A stretch of 32,000 nt of DNA, taken from Opitutales bacterium (GTDB lineage: Bacteria; Verrucomicrobiota; Verrucomicrobiia; Opitutales; PNEW01). This document shows positions 26,759 to 32,000 of the stretch, in pieces. The stretch's first letter is position 1, and the number at the start of each line of letters is the position of its first letter. The notes below the pieces were generated by a model. That model saw only the letters and a list, made by a program, of their open reading frames with translations. It was not told the DNA's origin and made no database searches. Made by a program: the position numbers and the translations under genes. Where the stretch lies: NCBI GenBank assembly GCA_965219535.1, contig CBDCNV010000001.1:780001-812000 (forward strand). Reading direction: 5' to 3'.

Positions 26759-28432
26759 ATGGAGCTGCTTCGGCAGCCGCCTTTCTTTCTGGGAAAAGAA
26801 GTGCTTAATCCTTATATGGAAGAGCACGAGGAAGGTAGTTTATCTCTTTTGGAGAACCTGATTGAAGACAAAGTTCTCCCGAAGTGGGATGCGTGCGAGC
26901 TATGGAGCAATTGTTTCGGGATCGCATATGTTGAACCCGTAACGACATTAGTGAGTCGCGAAGCTCTAGAGATGATACCACTTGAGATCGCGAGTAAAGC
27001 CCGGGTCTTGCCGCTATATATATTCGATGACGTTTTAACCGTGGCGATGGTGAATCCGGCGGATGAAGAGCTGAGAGTGAAGCTTGAACAAATTACGCAG
27101 ATGCGCATCAGTCCGGTGTTCAGTCTTCCAGTCGAAATTAATACCGCTATATCCATTCATTACCAGACGGAAGAAGGGCTGATGGAAAGTCTGAAAGAGC
27201 TCAAATCTTTGGATCTGGATCTGAGTGAAGAAATGACGGAGGAAAAAATACATGAGTTAACTGAAAATACTTCGCTTATTCAGATTATTAATTCGCTCAT
27301 CTATTTTGCCTTAAGAGAACGTGCGTCTGACATTCATATCGAACCGAGTGAGATTGTTACTATGATCCGATTTCGTATTGATGGTATCTTGCGTGAAATG
27401 TTGGCTTTCCCACAAAAAGTTCACGCTGCCGTATCTTCACGCTTAAAGATTCTCTGTAACCTTAATATCGCTGAGCTCCGCTTTCCGAAAGATGGTCGTT
27501 TTTCCCTCGATGTTGGCACTAACCGGGTTGACTTCCGCGTTTCATTCATGCCCACGATCCATGGCGAAAAGGTTGTCATCCGTGTGCTCGGAAATAAGCA
27601 GGACTTTCTTAAACTGGATCAGATGATGATATCCGAAGTGATATTGAAACCGTTGAAGCGAATAATTAAAAGTCCGAACGGAATAATATTCGTCACTGGG
27701 CCAACGGGTTCTGGAAAAACAACCACCCTTTACGCTGCACTTGAAGAAATTAATTCTTCTGAAATTAATATTACGACGATTGAAGATCCAGTGGAAATGC
27801 AAATTGATGGTATTAGCCAATGTCAGGTTAATAAGCAGATCGATCTGACCTTTGCTCATTTACTGCGGTCGATCTTACGACAGGATCCAGATGTAATTCT
27901 AGTGGGTGAAATTCGAGATCTTGAAACGGCAAAAATTGCGACTGAAGCCGCTCTTACCGGTCATTTGGTTTTTGCCACCCTTCACACCAATAATGCATTG
28001 CAAGCCATTGCCCGCCTCGTTGAGATCGGAGTCGAACCCCATCAGGTAGCTCCATCGATAATGGGTGTTTTAGCACAAAGACTGGGGGCTCGCATATGTG
28101 ATAGCTGCAAGGAACCCTATTATCCATCTTTAGATACCTTGCAAAATTATTTTCTTGAAGAGGGTTTGACGGAAGTTCCGTTTTATCGCGGCCGAGGCTG
28201 TAAAGAATGCAGATTTACCGGCTTCAAAGGTCGGATATCTTTTCATGAATTAGCGCTCATTACAGATGAGATGAGAACGATCATCGCGAACAAGGGACAC
28301 ATGTTTGAACTGATCCAGGCATCACAAAAAGTTGGCTATCGCCCCCTGCACTATGATGGTTTAAAGAAAGTTCTACTCGGTTTAACAACAATCGAGGAAA
28401 TTGAAAAGTACGCGACTTTTGACTGGTCCTGA
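26759..28432 (+). CDS. GspE/PilB-class type II secretion / type IV pilus assembly ATPase
   Basis: Contains an N-terminal T2SSE_N-like domain, Walker A GPTGSGKTT, Asp box, Walker B DPDVILVGEIRD, His box FATLHTN and a tetracysteine CDSC...CKEC. The ATG at 26759 is preferred over the GTG at 26732, which overlaps the upstream small ORF. Confidence 0.9.
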   Translation: MELLRQPPFFLGKEVLNPYMEEHEEGSLSLLENLIEDKVLPKWDACELWSNCFGIAYVEPVTTLVSREALEMIPLEIASKARVLPLYIFDDVLTVAMVNPADEELRVKLEQITQMRISPVFSLPVEINTAISIHYQTEEGLMESLKELKSLDLDLSEEMTEEKIHELTENTSLIQIINSLIYFALRERASDIHIEPSEIVTMIRFRIDGILREMLAFPQKVHAAVSSRLKILCNLNIAELRFPKDGRFSLDVGTNRVDFRVSFMPTIHGEKVVIRVLGNKQDFLKLDQMMISEVILKPLKRIIKSPNGIIFVTGPTGSGKTTTLYAALEEINSSEINITTIEDPVEMQIDGISQCQVNKQIDLTFAHLLRSILRQDPDVILVGEIRDLETAKIATEAALTGHLVFATLHTNNALQAIARLVEIGVEPHQVAPSIMGVLAQRLGARICDSCKEPYYPSLDTLQNYFLEEGLTEVPFYRGRGCKECRFTGFKGRISFHELALITDEMRTIIANKGHMFELIQASQKVGYRPLHYDGLKKVLLGLTTIEEIEKYATFDWS

Positions 28433-28455
28433 TGCGATTACGGATTGTCCAGCGG

Positions 28456-28905
28456 TCAACGTGACACTATTTTTTTATTTCTGATTAAGATCAGGATAAG
28501 TGCTGCGAGAATGGCAAAGTTTCGGGTAAGAAGCAAGGGATAATTTGTCTTTAAAGATCCTGGTTTGCCAAAGCAACCGCATACGATATCAAGGCCGCGT
28601 CCCCAGGATAGGGCAAGAGCGATTATAAAGACGGCAATCAAAGCGGTTAGAATTATGAGTGCGCTTTGCTGCCCTTTATTTAATATCAGCGCCAGGCCGC
28701 AGACAATTTCCATCCATGGCAGAAGATAAGCACTAATGTAAGCGAGAGGATAGGGGAGGAGTTGAAAAGTCTCGATCGCGGTAAGAAAGTTTGATGGATC
28801 GAGAATCTTTAAAGTTCCCGCGATGATGAAAAGACCGCCCATGCCGATCTGCAGGACAATAAAAAGTATCTTTATCGTTTTTGCTCGATGGTCCACGTTT
28901 CCCAT
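28456..28905 (-). CDS. MauE/DoxX-family membrane protein
   Basis: 149-aa ORF with four hydrophobic helices and the CGCFG motif (LDIVCGCFGKPG) typical of MauE-like proteins. The start is uncertain: 28905 overlaps the rhodanese gene by 34 nt, and 28842 is an alternative. Confidence 0.75.
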   Translation of the reverse strand: MGNVDHRAKTIKILFIVLQIGMGGLFIIAGTLKILDPSNFLTAIETFQLLPYPLAYISAYLLPWMEIVCGLALILNKGQQSALIILTALIAVFIIALALSWGRGLDIVCGCFGKPGSLKTNYPLLLTRNFAILAALILILIRNKKIVSR

Positions 28906-29300
28906 CCTCCATGAAGGGTATAAATATTATTAAGTTGAAGTTCATCCTGCAGTCGTTGAGCCACATTTTTACTGGCTCTACATAATCGGCTGTCGCAATA
29001 GACAATAACCTTCAGATCCGGATCCCATTTTTCCATGAATTCAGCCAATAGATATTCCCAGTCGTCTTCATTCAGGAGGATGGCTCCGGGAATATGATCA
29101 AATTCGAAATTTTCATTCGATCGAGCGTCAACCCAGAGTACGAGATCGGTGCTTTGCAGAGCTGTCGTCAATAATATTTCGCCATCTTCCAGTTCAACTT
29201 TATGATAACTGGGAGCACCGGGATGAAAAGACCAAGTTAACAAGCTGAGGAAAAGAGCGATAAGACATATAAGTCCTGATTCTTTAATGAACGGATTCAA
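28872..29300 (-). CDS. Membrane-anchored rhodanese-domain protein
   Basis: 142-aa ORF with an N-terminal hydrophobic anchor (LICLIALFLSLLTW) and a rhodanese core (VLWVDARSNENFEFDHIPGAILL) with the active-site loop VIVYCDSRLCRAS. Confidence 0.85.
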   Translation of the reverse strand: MNPFIKESGLICLIALFLSLLTWSFHPGAPSYHKVELEDGEILLTTALQSTDLVLWVDARSNENFEFDHIPGAILLNEDDWEYLLAEFMEKWDPDLKVIVYCDSRLCRASKNVAQRLQDELQLNNIYTLHGGWETWTIEQKR

Positions 29301-29332
29301 TTTTAATAGAGGAATATATTATATCCCAATGA

Positions 29333-30001
29333 TCATTGAACTCTTAGGTGAAAGAAATATATCTTTGGATTATCCTTTGGAAAATCGGTTTTTACGAGCA
29401 GATTTCCGTTTTTAGAATTTCTCGCCCTACCGGGATCAACCGAGATAATGTATTTTTTGCCCGTTAATACTTCATCCATATCGAGATTAAATGAGTCGTT
29501 ACTAATTTTGAGATCTGTAATTTTTATCGGCTCATTGGGTTGGAAGTCGATCGTTATAGTCTTGGGGTCCAAGCTCTCATCTTTTTTCCAGTAGAGAAGA
29601 CGGGTATTAATTTCTGCGATTTTTGGAATATTTACTTCCAAGATCAATTCATAGCGGGAATTATCGGAATCATCTGTGAGGACAGTTATTTTTTTTCTTT
29701 GTAAACCTTCACGTTGTCCAATCGTAAATATCGCTTCAATCTCACCCTCTTCACCCGATAGATAAGTTATTTTATCAAGAGAAGTTGTCGTGCACCCGCA
29801 ACTGGAGGTGATAGAATTAAAGGTGACAGGGTAATCACCATCATTTTTAAATTTAAAAATCCGTCTTACTTCCTTGTCGCCAAACTTATAATTTGCTTGA
29901 TTTTCAATTTCTTGAAATTGCATCTGCCCTTGCAGTAAAAGCGGTGAACAAATAATGAGGACTAAACTAATAATTTTCATAGGATTTAAATTGTAGATCA
30001 A
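29333..30001 (-). CDS. Secreted DUF1573-domain protein
   Basis: 222-aa ORF with a signal peptide (MKIISLVLIICSPLLLQG; the true start may be the internal Met at 29980) and the DUF1573 signature YKFGDKEVRRIFKFKNDGDYPVTFNSITSSCGCTTT. Confidence 0.8.
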   Translation of the reverse strand: MIYNLNPMKIISLVLIICSPLLLQGQMQFQEIENQANYKFGDKEVRRIFKFKNDGDYPVTFNSITSSCGCTTTSLDKITYLSGEEGEIEAIFTIGQREGLQRKKITVLTDDSDNSRYELILEVNIPKIAEINTRLLYWKKDESLDPKTITIDFQPNEPIKITDLKISNDSFNLDMDEVLTGKKYIISVDPGRARNSKNGNLLVKTDFPKDNPKIYFFHLRVQ

Positions 30002-30115
30002 TAAATTATAATCTCTTAATTAAATTGGCAATGATTTAGACATTATAATAATGCGAGTACACTCTAACGCAATGAAGGCTGGTAATATTAAGCATAATAC
30101 GAAAGAGGACAGCCC

Positions 30116-31675
30116 TTGGGAATAATCGAAATAACCGTTATTGTAATTTATTTAGGCATCCTGGGAACTTTTGGGTTGTATTTTTCACGCCGTCAAAAGA
30201 CGACTGAAGACTACTTTCTGGCTGGCCGCAACTTACCGGGATGGGTGGTAGGTTTTTCAATCATGGGAACGATTGTCGGGAGTGCAACCTTCGTTGGACA
30301 TCCCGGGGAGGTATTTAAGAAGGACATGTGGGCATTGCCCATGCACCTGGTTTATCCCTTCGTAATGATTTTAATTTCCGTTTTTCTAGTGGCCTTTTAC
30401 CGCAGGACGATACGCATGACTGCCTATCGGTATTTGGAAATACGTTTTGGCTACCCCGCGCGGGCCTATGGCGCGGGAGCATTTATTATAAGTCATATTT
30501 TAGATTTAAGTATTACTTTCTATTTTTTGGCAGTCGCGGTTGGCTACATGAGTGGATGGGATGTGTGGTGGGTCATCCTGATCGTGGGCATGGCGACTGT
30601 CATTTACACGATGGTTGGCGGGATAGAAGCTGTTGTGTGGACAGACGTCATACAAGGCACGCTTCTTGTTCTAGGCGGCTTGGTCTGCATATGTTTTTTA
30701 CTTTTCTCATCCGATGCTGGCCCCACCGCAATTATCGCCAAAGCCTGGGAAGGGGGTAAATTTTCATTGGGCAACTGGGATTTCAGTTGGTTTGAAAATA
30801 ATCAGTGGTTTTACATTTTAGGTGGGACATTTGGCGCGTTACAATATTTGGCCTGTGACCAGAGCAATGTTCAGCGTTATCTTCTGGCACGGACCGACAA
30901 AGAAGCAGCGCAAGGAGCTTATATGGGTGCAGCTGCGTGCGTTCCCATCTGGATACTCTTTATGGTAATAGGTGCTTTAATGTGGGCGTTCTATGAATTA
31001 TCTACAGATCAACTTCCAGCCGAAGTGCTTCGGGAAAAGGACTTTATCATTCCGTACTTTATTAAAACCCAATTACCTGCCGCTTTGGTTGGGCTTATCT
31101 TGGCGGCGTTAATGGCGGCAGCCATGTCGTCCATAGATTCGGAGTTGAATTCTATGGCTGCGGTGATCGTCAATGATTTCTATGTGCGACTGCGGCCAAA
31201 TTCGAAAGATAAACATCTACTGCTCTTGGGAAAAATTGTCGTCGCGGTTATTGGAGCCTCCTCGATCATCATTGCGCAGCAATGGATCGGAATTAAATCG
31301 GTCATTGAATTATCCGTTACCGTGGCCTCGATCATAACGGGTGGAATTCTCGGCCTCTTTGCCCTCGGGTTTTTATTTCGATGGACGACGGCAAGGGGTG
31401 CCTATATCGGCATTGTGTTCTGTATTCTCTTTACGGGGTGGGCAACATTGACGCGGATTAATCTTCCTGGGATGGAAACAGCCTTGCTTGATCTGGGGCG
31501 TTTTAATTACACACTGAGTCCATACCTGATTGGGCTCTTCACTCATTTTATTTTAGTTGGTGTAGGGGTGCTGGCGAGCAAACTTACGGGTGGCCCTCAA
31601 CCGAATACAAAGGATCTTACTTTTTGGGATGTACTGGCCAAACGCCGGGGTGATTCAGTGATCAATGAAGAGTAA
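30116..31675 (+). CDS. Sodium:solute symporter (SSS) family transporter
   Basis: 519-aa polytopic ORF with a TTG start and family-typical N-terminal and core segments (YFLAGRNLPGWVVGFSIMGT, VIYTMVGGIEAVVWTDVIQG). Confidence 0.85.
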   Translation: MGIIEITVIVIYLGILGTFGLYFSRRQKTTEDYFLAGRNLPGWVVGFSIMGTIVGSATFVGHPGEVFKKDMWALPMHLVYPFVMILISVFLVAFYRRTIRMTAYRYLEIRFGYPARAYGAGAFIISHILDLSITFYFLAVAVGYMSGWDVWWVILIVGMATVIYTMVGGIEAVVWTDVIQGTLLVLGGLVCICFLLFSSDAGPTAIIAKAWEGGKFSLGNWDFSWFENNQWFYILGGTFGALQYLACDQSNVQRYLLARTDKEAAQGAYMGAAACVPIWILFMVIGALMWAFYELSTDQLPAEVLREKDFIIPYFIKTQLPAALVGLILAALMAAAMSSIDSELNSMAAVIVNDFYVRLRPNSKDKHLLLLGKIVVAVIGASSIIIAQQWIGIKSVIELSVTVASIITGGILGLFALGFLFRWTTARGAYIGIVFCILFTGWATLTRINLPGMETALLDLGRFNYTLSPYLIGLFTHFILVGVGVLASKLTGGPQPNTKDLTFWDVLAKRRGDSVINEE

Positions 31676-31791
31676 ACAGTGAGTGTAGGTTCTGGGTTCC
31701 CGTCCCTGATCGTGAGTGCATAATCCACATTTTCGCATTTACGGATTACCTCTATCTTTATAGCTTGAAGGATTAAGGAAACGATTATCCT

Positions 31792-32000
31792 GTGAAAAAA
31801 AAGAATAGAACGCTGCCGCTGGGGAAATTACGATCAGACATATTAGCGAGACTCATCGGCCGAGCTCCAATTAATGATCCAAGTGTAATTCTTGGACCCG
31901 GGGTGGGAATGGATTGTGCGGTCGTAGATGTGGGATCAAAATATTTAGTCTATAAATCGGACCCCATTACTTTTGCGACAAACGAGATTGGGTGGTACGC
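31792..32000 (+). CDS. AIR-synthase-related (PurM/HypE superfamily) protein, 5' fragment running off the window
   Basis: A GTG-initiated frame stays open to the window end: VKKKNRTLPLGKLRSDILARLIGRAPINDPSVILGPGVGMDCAVVDVGSKYLVYKSDPITFATNEIGWYA. The LPxGKL...GxGxDxAV...DPITF pattern resembles the PurM-like N-terminal domain. Confidence 0.5.
   Translation, partial: MKKKNRTLPLGKLRSDILARLIGRAPINDPSVILGPGVGMDCAVVDVGSKYLVYKSDPITFATNEIGWY

Noticed and set aside
30328-30759. 143-aa plus-strand ORF inside the SSS transporter gene
   Set aside because: It is an off-frame overlap with a strongly supported 519-aa transporter ORF.
1-32000. Looked for CRISPR arrays, tRNA/rRNA genes, transposases, integrases, toxin-antitoxin pairs and known defence-system signatures
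   Set aside because: I saw no direct-repeat/spacer periodicity, no tRNA T-loop (GGTTCGAATCC-like) context, no DDE or tyrosine-recombinase motifs, and no nuclease, helicase or SIR2/TIR-type ORFs in any long frame.

Overview
This is a gene-dense bacterial chromosomal window with about 35 protein genes. I found no rRNA, tRNA, CRISPR array, transposase or integrase. The gene content fits a PVC-type organism (Verrucomicrobia, Lentisphaerae or Planctomycetes): a prepilin-type N-terminal protein, DUF1573, an Asp-box sialidase-fold protein, a PhyH-family protein, and several genes without Shine-Dalgarno sequences. That assignment is inference only. Signal transduction dominates, with four histidine kinases (two hybrid, one with an N-terminal receiver) and two stand-alone receivers, one followed by a separate AraC HTH ORF. 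The rest is envelope, redox and transport functions: a Sel1-TonB_C protein, a CpxP/Spy-like protein, rhodanese-YceI, a DUF1573-rhodanese-MauE/DoxX operon, a YhhQ-type transporter and an SSS transporter. Most worth following up: (1) a tightly coupled operon of a sensor-less kinase, a CheY-like receiver, a 67-aa ORF and an orphan GspE/PilB-class ATPase; (2) the DUF1573-rhodanese-MauE operon, where each protein carries a cysteine motif; (3) a TetR gene bracketed by two exact copies of a 16-bp palindromic site, followed by an operon for a small protein, a glycine-zipper lipoprotein and a Gly/Tyr-rich secreted protein; (4) three adjacent kinases with no DNA-binding output, one frameshifted in its receiver; (5) an ADP-ribosylglycohydrolase / alpha-beta hydrolase fusion; (6) an AT-rich islet with an orphan protein of H-NS-like architecture and a decayed GNAT gene. 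All functional calls rest on motifs read by eye, because no database search was possible. ORF-track coordinates include the stop codon.
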